Shown: positions 40,079-53,350 of the stretch, one piece after another
How positions within the stretch are numbered: the stretch's first letter is position 1
How the letters are laid out: every line of letters begins with the position of its first letter
Source: Octopus vulgaris
Lineage: Eukaryota
Length of the DNA stretch: 64,000 bases
NCBI GenBank assembly: GCA_951406725.2
Contig: OX597814.1
Location: forward strand, 27,776,001 to 27,840,000
Direction: 5' to 3'
The notes under the pieces: model-generated
Database searches by the model: none
The model's input: the letters and a program-made list of their open reading frames with translations, nothing else
Told to the model about the DNA's origin: nothing
Made by a program: the position numbers and the translations under genes

Positions 40079-40379
40079 TGTCGTTCATTTTTTTTTTTTT
40101 TTAAAGACGGTAGGTGTGATTGGACAGAGATCTAGCTGCTATTTCATGAAGGTCGACCGACCACAACCTACACGCTCTCGTAATGATTCACCCCTTTTTT
40201 TTTGTCTACGTGGGCATGCGTGTGTGTATGTGTGTGTGTCTGTGCGAGAGAGAGAGAGAGAATGAGAGAGAGAGAGACAGAGACAGAGAGTGAGAGAATA
40301 AGTGAAAGATGAAGAGAGAGAGAAAGAGAGAGAGATTGTGTGTGTGTGCGTTGTGTGACGAGGTGTATTTCAGTCTACT

Positions 40380-40431
<52 letters not shown>

Positions 40432-40589
40432 CACTCTCTTTAAAGCGCTTTTGCGTGACAAGGGGTATGTCAGTCTGTCTGTGTGTCAGTCTGTCTGTGT
40501 GTCTGCTTGTTTGTCTTTCTTTCCTGTTTTGTCTGTTTCTGTGTGACTCGGTGTATGTCAGCTTTTCCCTATCCGCGCTCTCTCTCTCT

Positions 40590-40901
40590 CTCTCTCTCTC
40601 TCCACTATTTTATGTCTGTCTGTCTCTGTCTCTCTCTCTCTCTCTCTCTCTTCACTACTTTCTCTCTTTCTCTCTCTTCACTACTTTTTGTCTCTCTCTC
40701 TCTCTCTCTCTCTTCACTACGTTTTGTCTCTCTGTCTCTCTCTCTTCACTACTTTTTGTCTCTCTTTCTCTTCACTACTTTTGTCTCTCTCTTTCTCTCT
40801 TCACTATTTTCTTTCTCTCTCTCTCTTCACTACTTTTTGTCTCTCTCTCTCTCTCTCTTCACTACTTTTTGTCTCTCTCTCTCTCTCTCTTCACTACTTT
40901 A

Positions 40902-40944
<43 letters not shown>

Positions 40945-41107
40945 TTTCACTACTTTTTGTCTCTCTCTCTCTCTCTCTCTCTCTCTTCACTACTTTATGT
41001 ATGTCTGTCTGTCTGTCTGTCTCTGTCTCTCTCTTCTCTACTTTCTCTCTCTCTCTCTCTCTTCACTACTTTTTGTCTCTCTCTCTCTCTCTCTCTTCAC
41101 TACTTTA

Positions 41108-41150
<43 letters not shown>

Positions 41151-41498
41151 TTTCACTACTTTTTGTCTCTCTCTCTCTCTCTCTCTCTCTTCACTACTTT
41201 ATGTATGTCTGTCTGTCTGTCTGTCTCTGTCTCTCTCTCTCTCTCTCTTCACTACTTTCTCTCTTTCTCTCTCTTCACTACTTTTTGTCTCTCTCTCTCT
41301 CTCTCTCTCTTCACTACTTTTTGTCTCTCTGTCTCTCTCTCTTCACTACTTTTTGTCTCTCTTTCTCTTCACTACTTTTGTCTCTCTCTTTCTCTCTTCA
41401 CTATTTTCTTTCTCTCTCTCTCTTCACTACTTTTTGTCTCTCTCTCTCTCTCTCTTCACTACTTTTTGTCTCTCTCTCTCTCTCTCTTCACTACTTTA

Positions 41499-41537
<39 letters not shown>

Positions 41538-41696
41538 TTTCACTACTTTTTGTCTCTCTCTCTCTCTCTCTCTCTCTTCACTACTTTATGTATGTCTGTC
41601 TGTCTGTCTGTCTCTGTCTCTCTCTTCTCTACTTTCTCTCTCTCTCTCTCTTCACTACTTTTTGTCTCTCTCTCTCTCTCTCTCTTCACTACTTTA

Positions 41697-41739
<43 letters not shown>

Positions 41740-42067
41740 TTTCACTACTTTTTGTCTCTCTCTCTCTCTCTCTCTTCACTACTTTATGTATGTCTGTCTG
41801 TCTGTCTGTCTCTGTCTCTCTCTTCTCTCTCTCTCTCTCTCTCTCTTCACTACTTTTGTCTCTCTCTCTCTCTCTCTTCACTACTTCCTCTCTCTCTCTT
41901 CACTACTTTTGTCTCTCTCTCTCTCTTCACTACTTCCTCTCTCTCTCTCTCTTCACTACTTTTTGTCTCTCTCTCTCTTCACTACTTTTTGTCTCTCTGT
42001 CTCTCTCTTCACTACTTTTTGTCTCTCTCTTTCTCTTCTTTTTGTCTCTCTCTCTCTCTCTTCTTTT

Positions 42068-42108
<41 letters not shown>
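40590..42108. repeat. 1.5-kb polypyrimidine satellite: (CT)n punctuated by CTTCACTACTTT, with a higher-order repeat of about 600 bp
   Basis: More than 40 TTCACTA motifs; the variant order starting at ~40651 recurs at ~41248. Confidence 0.93.
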
Positions 42109-42111
<3 letters not shown>

Positions 42112-42819
42112 CATGTGTGAGTATGCGTACCATTCTCTGTCTCAATCTGTGTTATCCAAATATGTCGTCTGTATGCTACTCCGTCTGTGTCTTTCTGTGT
42201 GTGTGCTTGCTTGCGTGTGCATATGTGTGTGCGCGCATACGTGTGTGTGTGTGTATGTCTGTCTATGTGACTTGGTGTACGTCAGTGTACTCGCTGCATC
42301 TCTTATCTCATAGTCTCACATTAGAATCTCTCACTTTTTCAGTTACCTGTGTCTATATACCAGTCTCTCTCTTTCTCTCTCTCTCACCATATCTGTTTCT
42401 CTCCTTCTCCCTCTGTCTATGCCTCTGTCTGTTTCTCATTGTGTCACACTCACACACACACACGCACACTATCTTCTGTCATTCTCCTGTGCGTCGGTCT
42501 GTGTCTGTGTGTAAGTATACCTACATAACTAGACCGGGAACATTTTGAAACCACTTCGTACGCCTCCCCAAGCCGCTCTTTCTCCAGCTATCACACATAG
42601 CCACTCTTTTTCCCTCGCTCTTGTCTGTCAGTCTTATATATTGGACCCCTCTCTCTTTCTCTCTCTCTCTCCCCCTCCCTCTCTCTCTCTCTCTCCTCAA
42701 CATATTTGCTCTATCTCAGCCTCTCACTTCCTCACCCATCTTCCATCACCCATCTTTACATCCTTTGCGTCTTTGCTTTCCCCTAAGTTTTCTCTCTTTC
42801 ATCTCTCCGTAAACATATT

Positions 42820-42856
<37 letters not shown>

Positions 42857-43196
42857 TTTCTCTATCGTTCATTTTTCTCCACCTTTCTCTCTCTATCTCT
42901 CCTATATTTATTTGCTTATGTGTATGTTTATCTCTTTTATTAATTTTCCTTTCATCCTTGGAATTCTTTCTGTCTTTCTTCCAATATATATTTCCCTTTT
43001 CCATTCTTTCTTTTTTTCTTTCTTCTTCCTTTCTTTCTTCACACTTTCTTTAGAATATTAACCTTCCTTCTTCTCTGTCTCTCTCACTCTTTCTTTTAAC
43101 TTGGTAACCTGCAATTCGCTGTGCCTCTGATACACATACAAATATGCACATACATGTGTATGCATGTATGTTACATATGTATGCATGTATGTTCAT

Positions 43197-43233
<37 letters not shown>

Positions 43234-43346
43234 CGCACGCGCCAGTGGAACATGTAAACAGAACCCACATGCGTTATTTTTCCTGGCTCTCTTTTTATCT
43301 CCTTTCTTCTTTTCTTTCTCTTTCTCGTTCTCCTGGATTTTCCATT

Positions 43347-43381
43347 GTATCTGAAGAAGGACTATATCCGACACGTCATAC
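43347..43381 (+). ncRNA. Minimal hammerhead-like motif (single GAAA->GACA change)
   Basis: GTAT-CTGAAGA-A-GGA-CTATA-TCC-GACAC-GTC-ATAC, with palindromic ACGT and a GUC site. Confidence 0.7.
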
Positions 43382-43616
43382 TTTTTATTTTCCCCTTTTT
43401 TGTGCGCTAAACTAATGATATTAACTGGTACTGACTCTCGTGCTTTTGTTGTTTTTCTATCCTTTTTTTTTTTTTGCTTTACACACATACATACACTCAC
43501 GCAAAACACACACACATACACGCACAGATGACCATAAAAAAGTTCACTTCATAATCACAAAGTCACAGGTTCGATCCCATCGTGTGGCATCTTGAGCAAG
43601 TGTTTTTTTTTTTTAC

Positions 43617-43978
43617 ATTGGGTTGTCCGGAAAGTTCGTCCCGATTTTTAAAGGAAAGTAAAAGGTCAATAAATACTTGCCATTACCCAAGCTTTACCAG
43701 GTGCTCATGAACAACGGATTTTGATAGGTTGAGGTTTTCTGCCAATTCTTGGGTTGTGCAATGTGGGTTATTCTCAATTAATGACTTGATTTGGTCATCA
43801 TTTGTAGTGGATGGTCTGCCTGATCGCTCTTTATCAATAAGGCTACAATCTCCAGCTCGGAACCTTGCGAACCACTTCCGTACAGTTCTTTCGGATAAAG
43901 AAACATCACCGTAAACTGCGCATATTTCTTTGGTTGCTTGTGGGGCATTTTTCCCTTTACGAAAAAAGAAAAGCACCT
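43617..43978 (-). mobile_element. Mariner transposase N-terminal (HTH) remnant and TIR
   Basis: ORF 43683-43976 FRKGKNAPQATKEICAVYG..VRKWFARFRAGD..RSGRP; TIR-like ATTGGGTTGTCCGGAAAGTTCG at 43617. Confidence 0.92.
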
Positions 43979-43979
43979 C

Positions 43980-44978
43980 TTATTTTTCGAGCACCTTCCG
44001 GAGTATTCGAGCGGTTCCAAGCAGTGCTGTTTTCTGCCAGTGCTCCTCGCTTATTGCAACCCCTATTCGTTCCACGTACTTCTCGAGATTTTTGCTCACT
44101 GTTCCCAGGACTCCGACAATTATTGATATTACCACTACCTTTTTCATCGACCACAACTGCTTAACTTCCCAAGCTAACCTGTCATATCTATCGACTTTTC
44201 TTTCTTATTGCATACCTTGTTGTCAGCTGGGTATGCTATATCTATGATCCAGCATAGTTTGTTTTCTTTCTCATTTAAAACTATGCCTGGCTTCCTGTTC
44301 TCTGTTTCATGGTCGCACTGAATCATAAAATCCCATAGGATCTTTGCATTTCTATTTTCGACAATGCCTTCAGGTTTGTGGTTGTACCAATGTTTTGCTC
44401 TGTCAAGTCCTTACTTGTTGCAAAGTGTCCAATGGACAAGCCTGGCTATATTGTCGTGTTGTCTCTTATATTCCTTCTGGGCTAGTGGCGTACATTGGCT
44501 GGTAATATGCCATACAGTTTCACCACTTTGTTCACAGATTCTGCACTTATCGCTTTCTGCTGTCTATTCTGTATTTTATGTAGTTTGTTCTTAGTGCTTG
44601 ATCTTAGGCAGCAAAGATTAGAGCCTCCGTTTCCGGTTTTAAATCTCTTTAATCATCCACAGCCATCTTTTTCCTCTGTCTGTCTTATCTTCAACATTCT
44701 TATGAAATTGACCATGCATTCTTTTCTTTACCCACCTATTTTCAGTTTCATTCGTTTTCAGTTTCTTGCATAGTGCTTTATCTTTGCAATCTTTCATCCT
44801 ACACAGGCCTGACCTTCTTACTTCTAATAATAGCGGTTCTGTGGCATTTTTTGCATACCATTGATATGTTGCTTTCTTCTGCCCTAATGCTGTGTTCGCA
44901 TCGAATAAGTCCTCTTCCCCCTCTTTTTCTTGGTACATACCTTCTGTCTGTGTCACTTTTTGGGTGAAGTAACCCATA

Positions 44979-44980
<2 letters not shown>
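43980..44980 (-). mobile_element. R4/Dong-like (RLE) non-LTR retrotransposon 3' fragment
   Basis: Frameshifted translation HGQF..LKPETEALIFAA..KCRICEQSGETVWHITSQC (CCHC knuckle)..RRHDNIA..ILWDF..RKPGIV..IIDIA..KTALLGTARILRKVL; abuts (AAT)n. Confidence 0.9.
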
Positions 44981-45034
<54 letters not shown>

Positions 45035-45036
<2 letters not shown>

Positions 45037-45430
45037 GGTGACGAACTGGCAGAATCGTTAGCACGCTGGACTAAATACTTAGCGGTATTTCGCCCGTCGC
45101 TATGTTTTGAGTTCAAATTCCGCCGAGGTCGACTTTGCCTTTCATCCTTTCGGGGTCGATTAAATAAGTACCATTTACGCACTGAGGTCGATATAATCGA
45201 CTTAATCCGTTTGTCTGTCCGTGTTTGTCCTCCCTGTGTTTAGCCCCTTGTGTGTAGTAAAGAAAAAGGTATTTCGCCCGTCGCTATGTCCTGCGTTCAA
45301 ATTCTGCTGAGGTCGACTTTGCCTTTCATCCTTTCTGGGTCGATAAAATAAGTACCTGTTGAACACTTGGGTCGATGTAATCGACTCAGCTTTACCTCTC
45401 GCAAGCTGAATTTATGGCAAGAATTTGAAA
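45035..45430 (+). mobile_element. SINE B dimer
   Basis: Full unit plus a head-truncated unit joined at AAAGAAAAAG|GTATTTCG. Confidence 0.88.
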
Positions 45431-45434
45431 TAAT

Positions 45435-46080
45435 TATTATTGGTATTAATGTGAATTTATAATCTGGATATAGAAGCTGGGGTTTTCGAAGCAGTTGTCC
45501 ATAGTTATCCTCTTCCTCTTTGATTTCCGAAGAGATGTTCACACCAGCACGACAGATAACTTCTATGGCAGTACATACTTGTTCCCAAACAACAATATCC
45601 GGCCTGTTTAGTTTACACTTGACAGATATTTTGATGAGAATGTTCCACCAGTATTCCATGTAATGATGTTTTTGTGCGTATTCAATAACAGTGGGGTTCT
45701 CTATATTTATTCGAGGAGAGTCTTTTTTCCTCGAATGTCATTGTGTATTGTTTTTGCAACAACGTCATGTCGCATAGGGAAATAATACCTCTGATAACAC
45801 TTTTGGACAACTGCTAATCACATGTGTGATGTCTTCCACAGAAATATAACGTAGTCTACATTTTCCGTGGTATCATAGAGCTCTTAGGGATTCACGGTCT
45901 CTTTATTTATTAGGTATTTAGTAGCAGTCTCCTGTTCTTGGATTGCAGACGCATAGCTTTCGAAGTGTGATGTTATATAGCGGTTACAAAAAGAAAAAGG
46001 TTTCGCTTCATGTCGATATTACTGTCTTAAGTTTTCGAGAAACACACTCATGCATGGTCTTTTTTATGCTGAGCGTTTCA
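45435..46080 (-). mobile_element. Second, distinct RLE-type LINE fragment
   Basis: AIQEQETATKYL..KCRL..EDITHVISSCP..YWWN..NRPDIVVW..IEV (zinc knuckle and PD-(D/E)xK-type endonuclease). Confidence 0.82.
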
Positions 46081-46467
46081 TCCAGGTCTTCATTGAGGTA
46101 TGTCAGTCCGGCTGTTTTAGGGTTGTGTAGGAAGTCATCATGTGGATATGAGTTTAAACTGCATCCGGTACTTCAGCTCTGGTATGGAAGTTACTGGGTT
46201 TTGAAGAGTACGGAACAACTTCTTAACCGCTATTGTTCTCAGGTCTACCTTGACCTGGAGTAGTAGCACCTGTTAGGGTCACAACTATGGGTTAATTAAC
46301 ATGCAAACCATCGGAAGTGAAGGACCCCTAGTTATCGTTAGAACTTCCTTCTAGAAAAGATAAACTCATATAAAATATCTGAAGTGCAGTAGGTTTCTTG
46401 GTCGTCTCAACCTTTGTTGTGCTACTGGGTTTATAGCTGATTGTGTTGAAAAGTGGGTTCAGTGATG

Positions 46468-46645
46468 TGCCCAGTGGTTAGAGCGGACTCGCGGTCGAGG
46501 GATCGCGGGTTCGAATCTCAGACCGGGCGATGTGTGTGTTTATGAGCGAAACACCTAAGTTCCACGCGGCTCCGGCAGAAGATAATGGCGAACTTCTGCT
46601 GACTCTTTCGCCACAACTTTCTCACATTCTTTCCTCCTGCATCTT
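46468..46645 (+). mobile_element. SINE family C, 3'-truncated
   Basis: Head and centre match the 36814 copy. Confidence 0.85.
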
Positions 46646-47212
46646 GTATGTATGTATGTATGTATGTATGTATTTGTGCAGATTTGTATATTTTGCTTTA
46701 TGTATGTATTCTCGAGCATATAGTTGCATGTCTAAATATGCTCATATATATTTAAATGACACACTCCTAGAAAGTTTTACATATTTATATAGTCCTAGTG
46801 ATGGATTGGTTCTGTAGGCTATGAATCAGCTTACTCTTTTCAGGTTTTGAGAAGCCTAATTTCTCAAGGTTGGTATTTAGGCAATATGTTACATATCACA
46901 GGGTCCGTCATGCTAACGATTCTGTCAGTTTGCCACCTTAATAGAAGAGTTAATATTGAAGGTTATACTTTAATGCAATACGTTTCACCAGAACATTTCA
47001 ACTCGGGTTCGCTAAAACATTCAATTTTTATATTCTTGTTCTATTAAACGTGTTATTGAAGCAAGGACAATGTAGGTGGGTTGTATAATACCCGAATAAA
47101 GACAAAAACCAAATATTGATATTTTGCTATTTTGAATGCTTTTAATACAAGTGTTTCCCGTAGTTATGCAAAATAATTATTACATAATATTGCCTAAAGT
47201 TGGAGAATTGTG

Positions 47213-47251
47213 GTGCTGATGACGTTTACTGAGGTAGAAACACGTGTCCAC
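47213..47251 (+). ncRNA. Minimal hammerhead-like motif
   Basis: GTG-CTGATGA-CGTT-TAC-TGAG-GTA-GAAAC-ACGT-GTC-CAC: canonical core, palindromic ACACGTGT stem III, irregular stem II. Confidence 0.6.
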
Positions 47252-47718
47252 GACTGTCCTTTTCCTTAATAGCATATAAACTCTGGATAATTCTTTATTC
47301 TTGAGATTATCTCCCCTTGTCAAGAGGAGCTGATCTTAATTGCCATTTGGTAGTTGTGGCATATCCTCTTGAGGCATGGATAATATTAATAGATCCTGAA
47401 TTTATTTTGTATGGTATTTGATATACCTGTATTTGGCTGCAGTTCTATTTCTCTTAGCTTATTATAGTTTAAATTATCTGTCTGCCTCTGTGTGTGCTTG
47501 TGTGTTTGATAATACAAAGAGGGAAAAATGAGATAGATATATCTATCGATTTATCTTTATTTTCCTGCTTGTATTATCCAACACACACACACACATACAC
47601 GCACATATACTGGATATACATATGCATACATATATCGATAGACATATAGATAGATTGACAAGTAGACAGACAGACGGGCAGAGTGACGGACAGATAGAGA
47701 GATAGATAAATAGATAGG

Positions 47719-47944
<226 letters not shown>

Positions 47945-48561
47945 TGTTTCTTTATTAGCCACACAGGGCTGATAGATAAATAGATAGATAGATAGATAGA
48001 TGTGATACTCTCTCATATCCTTCTTTCCTGCACTCACTCTCCTCTGCTCCATTTCTTCGTTCGCCTTCACTTTTCTTCCTCAAATATCTTACATTCAGTT
48101 CATTCAGTCAGTGTGTCTGTCTTTTTTAATGCTGTCGTCTGCCGGTCTGTATATTTTCTCTCTCTCTCTCTCTTCCGTTCACTCCCTCTCTCATATTCTC
48201 CCTTTTACAGTTTTTTTCTCTTCTTTCACCCATTTCATCGTCTATTTCCCTCATCTACATCCTTCATAACTCTATCTTTTTCCTTCTACGCTTGCTCTCC
48301 TTTTTTTTTTTCCACATTCTCCCTTCCTTTCTCCTTATTCTTTCACTCTCTTCACACCATCCTCCTCCTCCTCCTCCTCCTATATTTTCCCATCTTCTTC
48401 CTCATTCTACCTCCTCTCCCTATCGTTCGCTCTTCCAAACCACTGCCACTTCTGTCAACAATATCATTTTGTTCAGACCTCTTTCCACCAACAGTCACGC
48501 TGACATTCGTATGTTGACCTCATTTCCAAACTGGATATTTACTTTATTACCTTTTTAGTAT

Positions 48562-48625
<64 letters not shown>

Positions 48626-48829
48626 GCCGGTGTTATTGCTGTTGTTGTTGTTGTTGTCATCGTTGTTTTGTTATCACTGACGTATTCCGTCTGTAAGAAC
48701 AAAAGGCAACATCACAGAATCTACTGCTCTCCACTCGCACACCCTTCTCTCTCCTTCCTTTCCTAATAACGTCTCTTTCTATCTTGTTCTCTACTCCTCT
48801 TCCTCCGTTTCTATGTTCCTGTCCGTCTC

Positions 48830-48921
<92 letters not shown>

Positions 48922-49000
48922 ACTGTGTTTCTCTTATTCTTTTCTGTTTCTCTCTTTCGCAAACATTGCCTGATTGTTTTTTCCACGCTCATAGTCTTTT

Positions 49001-49088
<88 letters not shown>

Positions 49089-50038
49089 ATATTCTTTCGT
49101 TCTTTCTTTCTTTCTTTCTTTCTTTCGTTCTTTCTTTCGTTCTTTCTTTCTTTCTCTGCAGTCAGTGTCAAATCTTTCCGTCTCTTTTTCTATTTCTCTC
49201 TTCATTTCTCTCTCTCTTTCGTCCTTCGTTCTCCCTCCCTCCCTCTCCCTCTCTGTGTCTCACATATCTCTCCCTCTCACTCACGATCTCTTTCTTCCCC
49301 CTCTTTGTTCCGCTCCTTTTTAAGTGCAAACACATCTAACATTGCATGAATTCAAAGATACAAAGGAGTCCGAGAGAACAGAACAAAGGATAGGAAGAAG
49401 AGAAAGAGAGCAGGAAGTAACAGAAGAGGGGGAGAGGAAGGGGTGAAGAAGAAGAAGAAGAAGAAGAAGAAGAAGACGAAAAAGAAAAGAGAAAAGGAAG
49501 ATTATGATGATTGTGTTGAATAAGAATGTGAAGGAATAGAAGAGAGAGCGGGGTGGGGGTAGGAGAAGGAAAGGATGAAGCAAATGAAATTATGGAATGG
49601 AGAGTGAGTGGACGGGAGTAAAGGAAGAAAAGGGGAAAATTGAATGAAAGAGAAAAGAAGGAAATGTGGTAGAAACTGATGATGATGGTGATGATGAGGA
49701 TAATGATGATGATGATGATGATGATGTGGTGGTGGTGGTGGTGGTGGTGGTGGTGGTAGTGGTGGTGGTGATTATGGTGCTGATGACAACGACGACATTA
49801 AAGATTATGATAACAAAGACGAACTCGATGATATCAATGATGGTGATAAAAACTGCCTACAAAATGTAATATATTCAATTTCATAAACTGTTGATAAGCA
49901 TTTGTGACACTATAGGTAACTTTAAGTAGTAATGAACAACATATTTCTTCACAGATTTTTTCTTAACAGAGATGCGACAAAGCAATATTTCGAAGTATCT
50001 TTCGAGATTTATATTGGAAATCCTTACTTCATTTACAT

Positions 50039-50290
50039 CAGCAGTTTCTAATCGGAGTCCATATGACCCTTGGGGGTCCAAATAAGATTTTGTTGTTAAA
50101 GTTTATGTGCAATAAAATGGTTATACATCTACATTACACAAAATATTTTTCAAAAAATTCATACACTTCCTAATAATATTTAATTACAAAAATACAACAG
50201 GATTTTTTAAACATCGAATGACTAGGGGGCTCCATTGAGTAAAATAGGAATTAAAGGGGTCCATAGAGAAAATATGATTAAGAACCTCTG
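50039..50290. mobile_element. hAT/Charlie-like MITE
   Basis: Ends CAGCAGTTTCTAATC and GATTAAGAACCTCTG with internal GGGGTCC repeats; TSD not recognisable. Confidence 0.6.
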
Positions 50291-50349
50291 ATAATTTATT
50301 TGTTGTTTTGTGTTTACGTGGCGTTATAAGTGCAGTTTAAATGGTATAC

Positions 50350-50716
50350 TCTCCTTTACTCTTTTACTTGTTTCAGTCATTTGACTGCGGCCATGCTGGA
50401 GCACCGCCTTTAGTCGATCAAATCGACCCCGGAACTTATTCTTTGTAAGCCACGTACTTATTCTATCGGTCTCTTTTGCCGAACCGCTAAGTAACGGGGA
50501 CGTAAACACATCGGCATCGGTTGTCAAGCAATGCTAGGGGGATACATATATACGACAGGCTTCTTTCAGTTTCCGTCTACCAAATCCACTCACAAGGCAT
50601 TGGTCGGCCCGGGGCTATAGCAGAGGACACTTGCCCAAGATGCCACGCAGTGGGACTGAACCCGGAACCATATGGCTGGTTAGCAAGCTACTTACCACAC
50701 AGCCACTCCTGCGCCT
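50350..50716 (-). mobile_element. SINE family A (internal microsatellite nearly absent)
   Basis: Reverse-complement consensus match. Confidence 0.93.
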
Positions 50717-51090
50717 ATGTCTACTTTTTAAAGGAGTACATTTTCCAAAAGCTGCGACTCGATGAATATTTTCGACAAATTGAACCAGGCTGTTTCAGAA
50801 GTTATTATCAAAACAACACTGGATGGTCACAAAAATAAAAAATAAACTAAAAAAAAATATGGAAAATAGTTACAAAAACATATACACATACATATACATA
50901 CTTACATACATGTAATTTTTCACCCTTATTATTTTAAATTATACATACATACATACATACATACATACATACATACATACATACATGTAGCTAAAGGGAT
51001 AGGCGCATATATCAAAGGAAAAAGTAAGCTGTGAAAAAGTATGTTGTTCATTATTACTTAAAGTTACCTATAGGACATATATCAAAAGAA

Positions 51091-51473
51091 GTGGAGGCGC
51101 AATGGCCTAGTGGTTAGGGCAGCGGACTCGCGGTCTTAGGATCGCGGTTTCGATTCCCAGGCCGGGCGTTGTGAGTGTTTATTGAGCGAAAACACCTAAA
51201 GCTCCACGAGGCTCCGGCAGGGATGGTGGTGATCCCTGCTGTACTCTTTCACCACAACTTTCTCCCACTCTTACTTCCTGTTTCTGTTGTACCTGTATTT
51301 CAAAGGGCCGGCCTTGTCACTCTCTGTGTCACGCTGAATATCCCCGAGAACTACGTTAAGGGTACACGTGTCTGTGGAGTGCTCAGCCACTTACACGTTA
51401 ATTTCACGAGCAGGCTGTTCCGTTGATTCGGATCAACCGGTACCCTCGTCGTCGTAACCGACGGAGTGCTTCC
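51091..51473 (+). mobile_element. Full-length SINE family C, tail type 1, with 13-bp TSD
   Basis: TSD TATATCAAAAGAA at 51078-51090 and 51474-51486. Confidence 0.95.
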
Positions 51474-51819
51474 TATATCAAAAGAAAAGTAAAAGCTAAA
51501 GTCACTGCTAAAACCATGTTTAATTGGCGTCAGGGAAGGACCCTACTTGGTTAATACCCTGTAAGACTGAGTAGAGTAGAGTCAGACAAGGAAGCGGCTC
51601 AAAGAGGTTTGAATTTGTGAGGAGATATTTTAAGGCTAAATTACATCAAATACGTACCACATGAAACGACCGATAGCGTACGGAATCAGAACAATGACAG
51701 TATATAAAAGACAACAACAGAATGTACTATGTGCTATGAATAGGTAACCGGCCACACTGTTTCCCATTTGCCATGTCTTGACCAAAACAGAAAATAAGAT
51801 CCTGTGCGTAGTGTACAAA

Positions 51820-52259
51820 TCTCTCTCTATATAAACGGCAGTTTGTCTGTCTGTGTGTCTGTGTGTCTGTCAGGTTGTACCATCATCCTGACCACGGCTT
51901 TCAACCGATTCTGATGAAACTTGACACACACATAGCCCAATGTCATAATTCAAAACTAACGCAGCGAAAATTTTGAAAAGTTCCCCCAGTTCTGAAAAAA
52001 ATCGATAAATTCGACATGGGGTCGAGAATCTAAGCTTTTTATATGCAACACATTTTATGTCTAGGGGACACAACTCGACCTTTTTATCGCCCAAAGGGAC
52101 AGCTAGGAACATCGTATACACAGAAGTATTCGAGTGAAGAGAAGACATTGCAACCTACAAATGCGCCTTCGTTCCCTAGAGGGAAAGGACTAGATTGGGA
52201 TTAGTCGTTGCCTACTAGGGGCTCTTACATACCCGGGCAATGCCGGGCTACGCTGCTAG
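51820..52259 (+). mobile_element. Non-autonomous Helitron
   Basis: 5' A|TCTCTCTCTATATAA, subterminal hairpin CCCGGGCAATGCCGGG and 3' CTAG|T. Confidence 0.88.
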
Positions 52260-53049
52260 TATACAATACAAAGCATCTGGATAAGGTGATCGATGTGAAC
52301 TTCCACTTCTTATTAGCAAGAAATTCAATAGCTAAGTGATACTCTTATACATATTACCTTTTATATGTTTCATTCTTTTTTTCTTTTTTTTTAGCATTCA
52401 ACCAAGAAGGACGGGCAGGGTCCATAGCCGTTTATTTTTTTCAGGGTCTCGGCGACAATTGAAAGTAAGTTGTCCTCAAATCAAAGATCTGGTCTGAATG
52501 CTTGAAACAGAATCAGTTCCGCTAGAGCTACCTAGGAATCAGACGGTGGTGCTAAACCAGGCAGCGGATTAAGTCCACCACTTAAGAACTCAAGACGTAA
52601 AGAACCAGAACGAATAACACACGTCATATAATCCCGACGTTTCAACAATTTCGCCAAATAATATGCTACCCTGGGCCGGTATTTTTCCTGAAGGATGAAA
52701 GATAAAGTTGATCTTTGTGAGATTTGAACTAAGAAGGAAAAAGAGCAAAATATTGGAAGAAATAATTAAGTATATAGTCCTTCTTCAGGATCAGGATGAC
52801 AGGAGGGAAATAAAAGAAATAAAAGAAAGCCAGCAGAGTTTTACAACCTTTATGTTTGAGAAACTGGCCGCCACTGATGGGGAACGTGGGCTTGCACAAG
52901 TAGCTGGGGAGTAGTAGAAGAGACAAAAAGGAGGAAAGACGGAGAAGGGCTGAAAGATGAAAATAGAAATATTTAAGTAAGAAATGGTACCTGGGTTGAA
53001 AGAAAGCGTTTATTTATCAATGCAGACAAACCACCAGTCTCTTTGGATA

Positions 53050-53350
53050 TCTTTATATATATAAGTCAAGTTGTGTGTCTGTCTCCTACGATTTAGATTC
53101 CTAACTACTCCCACATTTTGCGGTGCAGTTTAACCAAAAGCGGGTATCTTATAATCGTGATTCATATCGAGCCCTTCTGGGTATTAGCGCGCGTCTACGA
53201 TGAGTCTACGATTTAAAAAAAAAATTACCATAATTTTTTCCCATTTTTAATGCATTTTTTTTTGCTATTATATAAGGGAAGTAACTCTCTAAAAATGCCT
53301 ATATAGTTATTTCCCTTAGAAACCCGAGCAACGCCGGGCGATACTGCTAG
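53050..53350 (+). mobile_element. Non-autonomous Helitron (second family)
   Basis: 5' A|TCTTTATATATATAA, hairpin CCCGAGCAACGCCGGG and 3' CTAG|T. Confidence 0.88.

Noticed and set aside
40428-42548. 706-aa, 545-aa and 541-aa Leu/Ser-rich ORFs
   Set aside because: Translations of a stop-free (CT)n satellite, open in all three frames.
51091-51170. tRNA gene-like sequences (heads of SINE A, B and C)
   Set aside because: A/B boxes are present, but there is no proper acceptor stem or terminator. They continue into SINE bodies with TSDs.
51905-51925. CTGATGAAAC as a hammerhead core
   Set aside because: No stem II between the core and GAAA; part of a Helitron internal motif.
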